NCBI GenBank assembly: GCA_039096225.1 | Contig: JBBPEB010000003.1 | Coordinates: forward strand, 558,001 to 622,000 | DNA from: Blastocystis sp. Blastoise | Lineage: Eukaryota; Protista; Bigyra: Opalinata | DNA length: 64,000 bases | Reading direction: 5' to 3' | Shown: positions 14,901 to 29,900 of the stretch, piece after piece | Layout of the letters: the number at the start of each line of letters is the position of its first letter | How positions within the stretch are numbered: position 1 is the first letter of the stretch | Notes under the pieces: generated by a model | What the model saw: the letters and a program-made list of their open reading frames with translations, nothing else | What the model was told of the DNA's origin: nothing | Databases searched by the model: none | Made by a program: the position numbers and the translations under genes

Positions 14901-17900
14901 CTTGTGAATCTGGATATAAAGGTATAGCTAAACGAACATGTTTAGCTGGTGGTATTTGGAGTGATGTTGATTCTTCATTATGTGTTTCTCTTTCTAATAT
15001 AGAAACTATTGCTACTTACTTATCATTAGATAATATGCAAGCTGGTGGTCATAAAGTAACTACTTCTTGGAGAATGAATACTAATGAATCTTGGACTGTT
15101 GCTGGTTGGTTTAGAATGTATAAAGCTAATAGTGATACAAGAGCTACTATATTTGCTTTAACTGATGGTACTAAATATATTAGTAATGGTTTTAGATTTT
15201 TAGAAGCAAGACATTTAAATTCTGGTGATGCTTATGATACTCTTCATTTAGATGCTTGGGGTAGTAGTGTTGATACAAATGGTTTAACTACTGGTATTTG
15301 TACTCAAATAGCTGATAATACTTGGAGATATTTAATATTCCGTTATACTCATAGTGAAACTAATTCTCAAAAGAAAATAGAAGTAATCTTTGATAATACT
15401 GTTTGTCTTACTTATACAAGTTCTTTATTAGCTAATTGGGCTACTACTCCTGATAAGAATTATATGTCTATTGGTAGTATTGAAAATAATTTAAGTCCTC
15501 GTACTATTCATAGTACACTTGCTTTTAAAGATTTAGAATATTATCCTGGTGTTGCTCTTAGTACTGAATATTTTGATATTATTAAATCTGAAAAACCTGA
15601 AGATATTGCTGTTGGTATTAAATCTGTATATCATGCTACTGATTCTATTAAAGTAGATATTATTCCTAACAGTGTTCCTGAAACTTTAACTAATGTTCAA
15701 TTTGGTTGTATGGCTATTGAAGAAAATACTGAAATACCTTCTGTTGATACTGTTGCTAGTTCAAATAGTATTACTGAATATACATTACATTCTATTTCTA
15801 CTATAACTATTCCTATTACTGATATTACAAAGAATTATTATGTTGTTTGTGCTGGTAAGAGTGATTCTATCTCTACTATTAATGAAATCATGCTTCTTAA
15901 TAAGGTATTAATACATGCTAATTCTGAATTACTTATATCCGATAGTACTGTATCTTCTTCTCTTATTAGTTTTGATAAGAATCATTTCTGGTTACCTATG
16001 AGAGAAGATATATCTGATTTCTCTATTTCTTTCATTCTTTTAACTACTAAAGCTACTGCTACTCTTCTTTCTTATACTGATGGTGCTTATTTAACTACTG
16101 TTGGATCTAAATTCTTATACATTTCTTCTGGTTATTTAAGATTTATTGCTAAACATAGTAGTAATGCTGAAATTGTCTCTAATGTTGTTGTTAATAATGA
16201 TGTTTGGCATAGTATTGTATTAACTTATTCTATGGCAACAAAGACTTATTCTTTATATATTGATCAAGAATTACAAGGCTCTACTCAACTTGATGATAGT
16301 TATACTATAAATACTTTAGAAGAAGCTTATATGGTTTATTACTATTCTGGTACTTATGGTGATTTCCAAGGATCTTTAAAGAATGTTATTTTCCATCATA
16401 GTACACTTTCTATTGAAGAAATTGCTGCTGCTGATAGTCAAAAACCTTTAGAATTTGGTCTCTCTGCTTCTACAACTACTACTATTGATTCTATTACTTA
16501 TAATTATAGAATCTTAAAATTAGCTATTACTACTCCTATTGATGTATATATATATCCTGCCTTAGCTACTGATGATATTCCTTCTATTGAAACTATAAAG
16601 ATTAATGGTCAACATGTATCTGTTCTTGTAGGTATAGATCAATCAACTACTATTAATAATCTTATTTCTGATACTGCTTATAAAGTATATTTGTATGCTG
16701 AAAAAGATACTATTTTTGCTGTTTCCCAAGATTCTATTGAAACACTTGCTGTAGCTACTGCTACTTTATCTTCTTCAAATTGTCAACAATTTATAGCTAC
16801 TCAAGGTTGTTCTCCATCTGGTCTTATTGATACTACTAATGCATATACTTGCTCTTCTATGATTCCTTCTTCTGTATCTGGTTATTGTATTTGTAAAGAT
16901 GGTAGAAAGATGAATGCAGTTACTTGTAATCATGATGAATTTACTTGTTCTGATATTTGTAATGCTGATGAATCATTTGTTGAAGTTAATAAATGGATTA
17001 TGAGACATCATACTTCTTTTACTGCTTATACTGGTGTTAATAATATTGTACCTGTTCTTCCAAGACAAGTATATTTCTATGATTCTATTAATCAAGCATA
17101 TTCTTCTGGATCAGCACCTACTAATGTTGATACTGCTGTAAATTCTATTTTTACATTCCATTCTATGATTTATATTGATACTACAGGTAGTTATACTTTC
17201 CAATATAAAGTAGATGATCAAGTATATTTCTTAATTGATTCCTTGAATGTAAATAACGTTGTAATTAATAAAAATACATATATTGGTACTTGGACATCTG
17301 TAACTCCTAAAACACTTACAAAAGGTTGGCATAATGCTTATGTTATTAATTATAATGGTGGTGGTGCTGGTGGTATTGAAATTCAAATGAAAGGACCTAA
17401 TGATAGTGCTTTCAAAGAAATAACAGGTCAATATCGTATGAGTACTCATGGTATTTTAGCTCAATATAAAACAGAATTTTATGGTGATTGTTCTGTTAAT
17501 TATTATGAGAGTACTACAAATACATTCTTTACAAGTGAATTAATGATGGATTTATCTAATGAAAATGGTAATACATTTGGTACTTCTGGAAATAGTTTAA
17601 CTGATAATTTCTTTGCTTCTTATACTTTTGTTTTATATCCTACAAATACAAATACTTATACTATTAGTGTAGAAGCTATTGATGGTATTAAGATTAATGT
17701 TGATGGTGTAACTAAACTTACAAATAATGTTTGTGGTGAATATACTGGATCTTTTGATTTAGATCTTGTAGCTAATACACCTGTTATGTTCTTTGTACAA
17801 TATAGAACAAATGGTGTTTCTCATAAATTAAAATTATATTGGAAATCTTCAGATATGACTGAAAAAGTCTTAATTCCTTCTTCTAATATGTATAGAGAAG

Positions 17901-20900
17901 ATTATAGTCGTTGTTTCCAAAGTGAAGTTGATTCTTTAACTTTACCATATACTTATTTAAATTATAAATATACATTAGATTGTCCTTCTGGTTATAATGG
18001 TTATGCATATTTTAGTTGTGCTGATCCTAAAGATAAACCATTTGCTTATGGTATGTGGAGTACTGAACAAAGAGATACTTGCTATTATAATCCTATTTCT
18101 AATGCTATTTATCCTTTAACTACTTTAGATTTACATAGATATGAAACTGTTTCAAATGCATTAACTTTTGATAATATTGCTACTTCTATAACTATATCTC
18201 CTTCTCTTCCTTCTGGATTAACTTTTAATGAAGATAATGGTCTTATTTCAGGTACAGTTACTGAACTTATTCCAGAAACTAATTATATTGTTACTTTATC
18301 TAATCCTGTTAATACTGTTTCTATTGTTATTACTATTTCTGTAGTAGAAACTTATTGTAGTGGTGATAATTATCCTACTACTGCTGCTGGTGAGAATGCT
18401 ATTGGTTCTTGTGGTGATAGTTCTTTATTTAGTGGCTCTAAATCAGCTACTTGTGGATCTGTATATCCTGCTACATGGACTAATATAATTAATACTTGTT
18501 CTCGTAATCAATGTAGTTCTATTACAACTGATGATATGGTATTTGAAGCTACAAATACAAATAGCTATGCTACTATTTATTGTCCTTATACTTATAAAAC
18601 AATAATTCGTTTCTGTAATTTAGATATGACTTGGGGTGATATAGAGAATAATTGTGGTAAGATAGTATGTATTCAAGAAGAATATGAAGGATATATATGG
18701 CCTGCTACAGAAGTAAATACAATACGTTCTATTGCTTGTGGTGAAGGACTTGAAGGGAATCGTAAACGATCTTGTAATGTTTCTAATAATGATAGTAATC
18801 AAGGTGAATGGTCTAATATAATTGATAGTAGTGAATGTATGATAGCTCCTGTTAATATAGATATATCTATTCCTACTTCATCTCATGTAATGAAAGAAGT
18901 TCCTATTTCTTTTGATTTTTATGGTCAAAATTATCATATTGATATAAATTCTATATTATTAAGTGAAGGTTGTTCTATTCAATCAACTATTAATGATATT
19001 TCTATTTTACCTCAATATACAATTCTTATTCGTCGTTCTTCTGAATGTATAATTACATTTAATACTGGATTCCTTTTAAATACTGAAAATCAGATTCTTA
19101 CTCCTCGTAGTCCTTTTTCTACTACACTTACTATTGCTTATCGTCCTATACCTGTTCTTAATGAATCCTATAATAATCATATTGGTTATGCTACTGAATT
19201 AGGTATAAATAAATATGTAGTAGATTCAAGAAATACAGAGAATGAAGCTATTCAACTTCTTACTGGTGGTCTTTCTTATGAAGATAAAGATATTAATACT
19301 CCTTATTCAATATCAACTTCTCCTTATTCTTCTATTGGTGATGAATTGTCTATTTCTTTATGGTTTAAGATAGATTCTATAGGTTCAAAGAATATTCTTA
19401 CTAAAGCTGGTACTAATGGTAATAATTATTCTATTTTTATAAATGATAATAATGAATTAATTATATCTACTGGTAATGAAATGGATACTTGTGCTTATTA
19501 TAATACTAATGTAATTCTTAATATAGATACTTGGACTCATATAGGTTTTACTATGAAAACTACTAGTGCTTATTCTGGTACTAAAACTATATATATTAAT
19601 GGTGAATCTACTACTTGTACTTATTCTTCTATGTATATATCTAGTCAATCTCCTGTTATTCTTGGTGAAACTGGTGGTATTACTGTTTCTGATTTCAAAT
19701 TATATAAATATGTATTAACTAATAATGAAATGATTGAATTATATAATACATTTGCTATTCCTTCTATTCGTATTACAGTTCCTTTAACTACTACTTCAAA
19801 TATTATTGATATTCCTATTGAATTTAGTGAATCTGTAAAGAATATAAATATAAATAAAGTATCTATTATAAATTCTATTGGTGGTAAAGATACTATTATG
19901 TCTTGGACATCTACTACTTTACCTTCTCCTTCTATTCATATTTCTTTCCCTATTTCTTCAGGTACTCGTACTTTAACTACAAAATTAATATTTGATACTG
20001 AATTTATTCAATCTACTACTACTGATATATATAATAAATATACTGAATATATAATTACTTATAATTCTATTATAGAGAATCCTGAATCTAGTTCATTTAT
20101 TCCTATATTTAATCCTGAATCTTCTACTAGTATGTCTTCTAATACTCCTATTACTTTCTCTTTTGGTCAAGAAGTTCTCTTTAATGGTAATAGTGTTATT
20201 CATTATTTTGATAGTGAACATAGTGATGAATATAATGGTGATATTCTTATTTCTTCTTTAGAATCTTCTCTTACTACTTTATATATTATATTACCTGGTG
20301 GATTTGCTCTTGGACGTTCTATTCAATTCTCTATGGATAGTAATATATGTACTGCTTTAGATGGTACTCCTTGTCCTAATGTTTCTTCTGAAAATACTTG
20401 GATATTTAATACTAATTCTCCTTTTACTGGTACTGTTGTGAAATCTATTGAAGGTAATAATAAATATGCTTCTCTTATTATGTATACTATTACTTATCCT
20501 CGTCAAGTAGCTACATTTGATAGTTCTTTAATTTCTATAACTAATGCTGTTTTAAGTACTGTTTCTATTAATAAGAATGTTGTTACTTTTGGTATTGCTC
20601 CTGTATTTATAACAGAAACAGAAATTTTAGAATCTGTTGATGTTTCTATAGAATTACCTTCTGAAGTTGCTGAAGATTATTCTATTCCTGCTATTACTTC
20701 TACTAGTATTATAAGTGAATCTTTTACTGCTTATTCACTTGTACGTGATTATTCATTTAAGAATACAGGTAATGATGAAATAGCTAATAAGAATTGTATT
20801 TATCAAAATACTATTAGTTCTTGGACTTATGATTCTTCAAGTACTTCTAATTCTGCATATACATTTACTTCTACTACTCCTTCTTGGGAATGTGAAAATA

Positions 20901-23900
20901 CTGAAGATATTACTTTCTCTACTCCTATTATTAATAGTGGTATTTCTATTAGTTTCTGGTATAAGACTTCAGATAATTCTCAAACATTTACATTTATTAA
21001 GAAGATGTTTGCTGATAATGATCATTTAGATTATGAAATTGGTATGAAAAATAATGGATTATATATTTATACTGGTGATCGTACTGGATTATATTTAATG
21101 AGTTATACAGCTCCTGCTGTTAATCAATGGCATCATATTGTATATACTTTACAAGCAACATCAACAACTAATTCTAAAGTTTCTATTTATATTGATAATA
21201 AGTTTATTAAATCTCTTGATTTCGGTAAAGTTTTCAAGAATGAAGCTAATCCTTTATATATTGGTAGTTCTGGTAGTTTTACTATGAGTCAAGTACGTAT
21301 TTATGGTGTTCCTATTAATGCTGCTATTATTAATACTTTATATAATCAAAAATCTGTACCTACTATATCAATTTCTAGTGAAACTACTTCTATTTCTGAT
21401 TCTACTCCTTTTACTATTTCTGTAACTACTTCTAAAGAACTTACTGGTATTGATAATACTATATTTAGTACTGTACCTATGGATGCTGCTACTATTAATC
21501 TTCCTACTCCTATTGATGCTACTCATTTTACATATACTATTACTCCTCTTACTTTAGGTACTATTTCTCTTCATGTTAAAGCTAAAGTTGCTTTTGATTC
21601 TAATAAAATCTATAATTCTATGAGTAATACTATTTCTATTACAAATACTGCTACTAGTCATATTCTACCTATGTTTACTATTCTTTCTGCTGTACCTGTT
21701 ACTTCAGCTATTGTATCTTTTACTATTGATACTAGTGCTTTAGGTATTACTATTGCTACTTCTGAAATATCTGCTAGTTATGGTACTATTAAATCATCTT
21801 CTGTTTCTGGTTATGTTTATACTGGTATCTTTAAATTAGCTGATAATACAGATATATCTCAACCTGGTGTTATTACTTTAAATAGAAATATTTGTGGTGA
21901 TGATGGTAATTCTCTTTGTGTATTTGAAATACCTTTTGCTTCATTCTTAACTACGACTGAAAACTTAAGAACTGCTGCTGATGATGGTAATAAAGAAAAA
22001 TTTGATACTGAATATTATCAACAATTACGTTGGAATACAGGTAGTAAAGATTTTGTTATTACTTTTGAAGCTAATTGTCAAAATGATGCACTTATTGGTA
22101 TTCGTGAATATCCTATTTCTACTACAAGTACTTATTTAACTTTTGTTTTAGGTGGTGGTAGTAATAGTGGTTTAACTATAAGAAAGACTGTTGATTCTAC
22201 TAATACAAATCTTGCAACAGGTATTCAAGCTAATTGGTGTACAAGTGGTAGTTATGTACCTATGTGGGTAAAGAAAGTTGGTACTACTGTTACTCTTGGT
22301 AAAGGTACATATTCTGATAGTGCTACTGCTGCTCTTTCTTATGCTTCATTCCCTGAATTTACATATACATCTTTTGTAGCTGTATTAGATAATTGGGGTA
22401 AACCTGTTTATTATAGAAATGTTCGTATTACAAGTTTAAATACTGATAATGATACTAGAATTCCTGTTCCTGAACTTACTATAGATACTTCTTCTTCTCC
22501 TTATAGTGCTACATTAAAGTTTACTCGTGTACCTACTACTGAACTTGCTAGTTCTTCTATTCAAACTGTTAATATGGAAGTATCTGAATTTACTAAAGTA
22601 TCTAATGATGAATATACATTTAAAGTATCATCAGTAAATACTGGTATTAATGATAATGTTCATAGTATTACTATTCCTGAGAATTCTGTATCTCTTCAAG
22701 TTGGTGAATCTACTATAGGTAATTCTGCTACTACATGGTCTAGAGAATCTATTCCTATTACTGTATCTCTAACATGGAATCCTGAAACTGCTTCTCAATA
22801 TATCTATGTTCCTGTTACTTTAACATTTAATGTACCTGTGACAGTTTATAGCAGTGATATACAAGTTTCTGATGGATATCAAGTAATTGATGTATATAAT
22901 ACAGGTAATGGTTGTATTGCTACTATTAATGCTCCTATTACTCCTATTACTGTTACTATTCCTGAAGGTTTAGTTACTCTTGGTGGTACTTCTTCACCTG
23001 CTGCTTCTCTTGATATTCATAGAAGTGAAACAGCCACTATTCTTCCTTATATTAATTCTAATAGTAATTATCCAATTTGGCCTGCTACATATGCTATTTC
23101 AAATGGTGAATTATTCTTTACTTTAAGTTTATCTTCTAAAGAAGGTATTATTATTGCTTTATCTACTGCTCAATCGATTAATGATAATAGTCTTATAATT
23201 AATTTCGGTAAATCTACTGGTACTCAAACTGTTATTTCTAATGGTGCTGGTACTGTATTATCTACTATAACTCATGATATTACTATAGTAAGTGATAATT
23301 ATCAAACTTATTGGGTTAATTATAAAAATAATGTTATTTCTATTGGTACAGGTATTGAATCAACTAGTGAATCTACTCTTGTTTCTTATGAATATAATAC
23401 TATTGTAGCTACATATTTTACATTTAGTACTGGTGAATCTCCTGCTTATATAAAGAATCTTTCTATTTCTTCTGGATCAAGTAGTAGTATTTATACTCCT
23501 CTTACTATAACTGTATCTGATGCTTCTTCTGGTACTACTGATATTCCTATTGTTATTAATGTTGAATTACCTGAAGGAACTACTCTTCTTCCTTCTCAAT
23601 GGATTGTAGGAAATGGTGTTATGTTATCTGGTATAAATAATCATGAATATTTATTCTATCCTAATATTAATGGTATCTCTACTTTCTTCTTACCTACTGG
23701 TGTTGTTAAGACTTCTACTATGACTTCTGCCCAATCTAATGTTTATTCTTATATTATTCCTTCTAGATTAACGTCTTATATATTACCTGCTGTACAAGAA
23801 AATAATTATTATAATTATGTATCTTCAGGATGGAAATTACCTACTACTAATCTTGGATCGGTTAAATTTAATTATATGTCTACTAATGATAATAATCTTA

Positions 23901-26900
23901 AGATTGCTTTTAGTAATTCTTTAGATACTTTTAATAGTAATAGATATGAAATAACTGTTTGTGGTAATAGTAAGATTGTCTCAGCTATTAATGATGAAAC
24001 TGTTTCTACTGTTTTAGGTACTCCTGTTGATTGTTCTACTTCTGCTGCTTATGAAATATTAGTTGATTCAACAACTATTTATTTAAAGTCTAGTACAGGT
24101 ACTGTATATGTTAGTATTCCTTTAGATTCTTCTCTTGATGCTACTTATTTCACATTTGCTGCTAGTACTTCTATTACTGATGGATATTTAACATCTAAAG
24201 ATACTGTTCATACTATATCTATTCGTACTACTTCTATTAGTTATTCTACTAATTTTGAAACTGTAGAGGATTGGCCAAATGATGGTTATACAAGTGTTGC
24301 TCGTACTTCTTTTGCTGCTGAAACTGTTGATGGTGAAACTGTTGGTGCATTAAGTTATCTTACTTCAGGAAATGTTGAATGGGGTACTAGAACTAATCTT
24401 ATTTATTTCTCTCATACTCTTCCTACTGGTTGGACTGAACTTACTTTTAGTATGAAATTTACTGAAACTACTGGTACTAAACAACAAGGTTGTATTGGTT
24501 TAGCTAAAACAAGTGATTTAACTTGGTTAGCTGATGCTATTTGTCTTCAACATTGGACTGATGGATATACTATTAAACATCAAAGAAAATTAAGTAGTTG
24601 GTCTTATAATGGTGATGCTACTTTCTCTGGTACTTATACTAATTGGGTTGATTTCAAGTTTGTTAAAGTATCTGATACTCAATATGATTATTATTTCAAA
24701 CAAGATACAACTGCTGCTCATACCGAATGGACTAAATTCTCTTCTTCAAGTGATAGTGATATGAGTGGTGTTAATAGATTATGTATTCATGGTTATGATG
24801 AAGATGGAAGTGCTGTTTCTAGTTCAGCTAAGACTTATTTCTCACATATGGTAGTTACTGTACCTATTGCTCCTCAACAAGTTACGTCTACTTTTGGTTG
24901 TATGTCTATGTCTTCTTCTCTTCCTGTTATTACTATTGATAATATGTCTCCTGAAGATTGTTTAGCTGAATGTGCTTCTTCTGAATATTATGGTTTAACT
25001 CAAGGTAATAAATGTGTTTGTATACCTACATATGATGATTTAACTCAACATATTGATAATTCTTTATGTACTACTATTTGTACTGGTGATAATTTATCTT
25101 ATTGTGGTGGTAGTGATAATATGTATGTTATTCCAACAACAAATACTCTTTATTATAATGAACCATTCTCTGCTACTTCTGGATGGAAACAAGATTTCCC
25201 TAATCCTTCTATTGCTAGTGTTTCTTATGCTAATGGTCAAATGACTATTACTACTACTGCTAATACTGATATTACTAGTACTACTAGAAATAATGCTCCT
25301 TTCATGTATAAACCTATGCCTAAAGAATTTACTAGTGAAGTTACTATTCATTTCCCTACAGGAACATCTAATCATGCTGCTGGTTATGCTATTACTTCCG
25401 AAGATGGTCAATATCCTATTTCTTTATGTATTATTGATTATTATACACTGAATACTCCTCTTATTGTTTATAAAGCTTATAATTCTGCTACTACTTACTT
25501 CACTAATGCTGGTGGTGCTATGACTGATGTTACTCTCCGTTTAAGAAGAGATGCTAATAATAATTATTATTGTTCATATAAACGTGCTGGTGGTTCTTGG
25601 TCAGTTGAATATACTGATAATACAAAGACTGCTACTACATCTACTCGTCTTAATCTTCTTGGAAAGAGTGTTAATATGGGTAAAGCTACTGTATATTCTG
25701 ATTTTAAGTTATATACTACATTTGCTGAAACAACTGCTACTTTAAGTTCTACTATCGATTCAACTGTTTATAGTAATACTGTTTCTGTTTATGTTACTTT
25801 TAGTCAAAATGTTTTACTTACAGTTGATTCTCCTTTTGTTGTTAGTAATTGTGCTGTTTCTAATGTTTTAGCTTTATCTGATACTGTTTATCTATTAACT
25901 GTTTCTATTTCTTCTCTTGGTACTTTCTCTATTGGTTTACCTACTTCTATAACTGATATTAATGATCAACCTATTGCTGCTTCTAATACTATTACTGGTG
26001 TTTATAATATTAAGACATTCAATTCTTGGTTAATTCCTGAATCTACTGGTTTCTATATATCTACTAATGAAATTATCGTTTATCTTGTATCTTCACTACC
26101 TTTATCTACAGCTTCATTAAGTTTATTATCTATTACTAATGCTGATTTAATAAATTCTGAAGTTATTAATGAAAATACATATAAATTAGCTATGACTGCT
26201 CGTTCTTCTGATATTGTAACTATATATCTTCCTGAAGGTATTCTTAGTTATGCTGAAGGTGTTTATAATACTAAGTCTAATATTGTTATGTATTATTATA
26301 GTCCTACTCATTGTAATGCTGGTACTAGTGAAGGATTTGAATGGCCTATGACTCCTATTGGTACTTATTCTACATTTAATTGTGAATCTGAATATGATGG
26401 TATTATTAAGAGATATTGTAAATTAAATGGTTTATGGGGTGTTGTTGATAATAGTTGTATTATTAAGAAATGTGCTAATCAACAAATAGATGATTTCTTA
26501 TGGTTAGCTGCTGATATTAATACTATTCGTTATGCTAATTGTCCTCAATATCAAAGTGGATCTCTTTATAGACAATGTACACTTATAGATAATGTTGCTA
26601 CTTGGGGTGAATTAGTTAATAATTGTGTTGATATGCCTATTACATCTGTTACTTATCCTGCTATTTCTGTTCATAGATATGAATCTATTGAAGTAACTCC
26701 TACTATTGTTGGTATTGCACATACTTTTGAATCTACTGTTTTACCTGAAGGTATTTCTATTAATCCTACTACTGGTGTAATTTCTGGTTCATCTGCTATT
26801 CTTTTAGATATTCAAGATTATGCTATTACTGTTACTAATGGTGCTGGTTCTTATGAAACTACTGTTTCTATTGTTATTAATCAATTATATTGTGAAGATG

Positions 26901-29900
26901 AATCTTATGGTTCTGTAATTGCTGGAGAATCTAAAGAAATTCCTTGTGAAAATACTGCTGAATATGGTTATACTTCTAGAACTTGTCTTCCTCAATATCC
27001 TGCTACATGGAGTGAAATTGTATCTACTTGTGAATTAAGATCTTGTTCTGAAGATATTGATACTATTTATAATCAAACTTGGGAAACTAAGACAGCTACA
27101 GAAGTTATTGATTTAGATTATTATGATGGTGGTTTAGATCGTTGTGTATTACATAGAACATGTCAAGTTGATGGTACATGGAGTGAGATTACTTCTGATT
27201 GTACACGTATTACTTGTGCTAGTACTACTGTTAATGATGATACTATTACTCTTCCTGAAACTAATGTTGAAATGAATTATGATTTAGAATGTCCTATGTA
27301 TTATTCTGGTAATGCTTATTATACATGTACACTTGTAGAAGGTAATGGTGTTTGGAGTGATTTAATTTTAACTAATTGTACTATTAGTCCTATTGAACAT
27401 TATACTTATGATATAGCTTATCATGCATTATATATTAATAGTGCTATTCCTATGCAATCTCCTGTTACTACTGGTATTATTGATTCTTATAGTATTACTC
27501 CTGATCCTACTACTTCTGGATTAACATTTGATACTGAAACTGGTGCTATTTCAGGTACTGCTACTACTATAGGTACTTATATATATACTCTTACTGCTAC
27601 TAATGCTGCTGGTTCTGTTGAATTTACTTATGAATTATATATATATGATCATTATTGTGAAGAAGTTGATGGTTTTGCTCAAACTGTTCCTGGTGAAATT
27701 GCTACTAAACCTTGTGATCCTATTCTTTATACTGGTGATTATACACGTACTTGTTTAAAGAGTACTATAGAATTTGGACCTATTATTAATGGTTGTGTTA
27801 AACGTATTCCTTATGATATTTCTTATTCTGATTCTAATAATTATTCATTCTACAAAGGAGAATCAGTACATCTTATACCTACTGTTAGTGGTATTGTTGA
27901 ATCTATATCTTGTTCTCCTGCTCTTCCTGGATCTTTATCTATAGATACTGTAGGTGTTATTCGTGGTAATGCTCCTGAAACATTAGATTCTACTGAATAT
28001 ACTGTTACATTTGGTAATTCTGAAGGTTCTAATACTGTTATTTTAACTTTATCTGTCTCCACAACTACTAAAGAATATACTTGGAAAGAAAGTATTGTTT
28101 CTCAAGATACTACTGAATGGACTCAATATAATTATGATGATTCTACTTGGAATACTATTACTTTTGCTTCTAATACTCATACTGAAACTACTGTTTATTA
28201 TAGAACTCATTTTACTATATATGATGAAGAAGCTATGCAATATACATTTACTATTAATACTATTGGTGGTATTGAAGTTTATATAAATGGTCAAAGTGTA
28301 TTTATAAGTACTGAAAATAAACCATTTACTATTGCTACTTATACATTTACTTTAAGTACTTATGATATTATACATACAGGTACTAATACTTTAGCTATAC
28401 GTATTGAATTACCTGAATCTGATATGTCTACTCAACTTGAATATTCTATTGTTCCTATTTATGGTAATTGTGATATGAATGCTTCTAATGCTAGTAGTAG
28501 TATTGCTAGTTCTGCAACTGAAACATTAGCTATGTTATTTGATGGTTCAACTTCTACTAAGGGTTATTTTGAAGGTGGTTGTCCAGAAAAAACATTCTAT
28601 ATTGAATATTCTTATAGTGAACCTACAGTAATTACTCGTTATACATTAATTGCTGCTAATGATTGTGGTAAGAGACATCCTTCTGATTGGACATTAATTG
28701 GTTCTAATGATGATTTTGCTACTGAAACTATTGTAGATACTGTTAGTGGTAATGTATTTACACAAACTTATCAATCTCTTAGTTTTAATGTTGATACTCC
28801 TGGTGCTTATAGTAAATATAGAATACAATTTACTAAATGTCAAACAAGTATATTTACTAATAATGCATTAGCTTATGATAATGCTCTTCAATTATCAGAA
28901 ATACAATATTGTACAGGTAATCTTCCTAGATCTTGTTCTGCTACTGATGGTTATGGTGATGCAATGGAAAATGGTTTATCTACTAAGGCTTGTCCTTCTG
29001 GTACAATTGGATATATACAATCTACTTGTACTGAAGGTTCTTATACTAATGAAGAATATTTATGTTCTCCTATTACTGAATTTGATTTAAGTTATTCTGA
29101 AACGAGCTTAGAAGTTAATATGAATGTTGTTTTTACTATTAATCCTGTTACTACTGCTACTGTTAATTCTTATTCATCTACATCTTTACCTGAAGGTGTT
29201 ACACTTAATAGTGAAACTGGTATTGTTACTGGTTCTATTAATAGTGTAGGTACTTATATTATTATGATTACTGCTATTAATAATAATAATCAACGAGCTA
29301 CTACACAAGTAACTATTACTGTTGTCGATGGTGGTTGTATGGAAAATGATGTTAAATATAGTGTTGGAAGTACAATTGAAAGAGATTGTGGTGATATACT
29401 TAAAGAGGGACATCTTGAATATACTTGTCAACGTAGTGATTCTTATGAATGGATATTAACAAATACTTATTGTACTTATAAAGCTCCTACTATTAGTTAT
29501 GATGAAAGTAGTTATATTTGGTATAGAAAGACATCTAATGTAAATATAATGCCTACTATTGAAAATTATGTATCATCTTATACTATTAGTCCTGAATTAC
29601 CATCTGGATTAGTATTTAATAATGAAAATGGTTCTATTAGTGGTACTCCTTTAATTTATTCTCCTCTTGTTGAATATACTATTACTGCTATTAATGAAGA
29701 TAAATCTGGTAATGTTAAATTATCTATTACAATTCTTAATAAGATATGTGATGCTACAGAAGATGGTTATGAAGAAACTACTAGTGGTAATTCATTTAGT
29801 ATTCCTTGTGAAAATAATGAATTATATGAAGGTTCTATTACTCGTGAATGTATTGATAATGATAATAGTTATTGGAGTACTGAAACTGATAGTTGTATAA

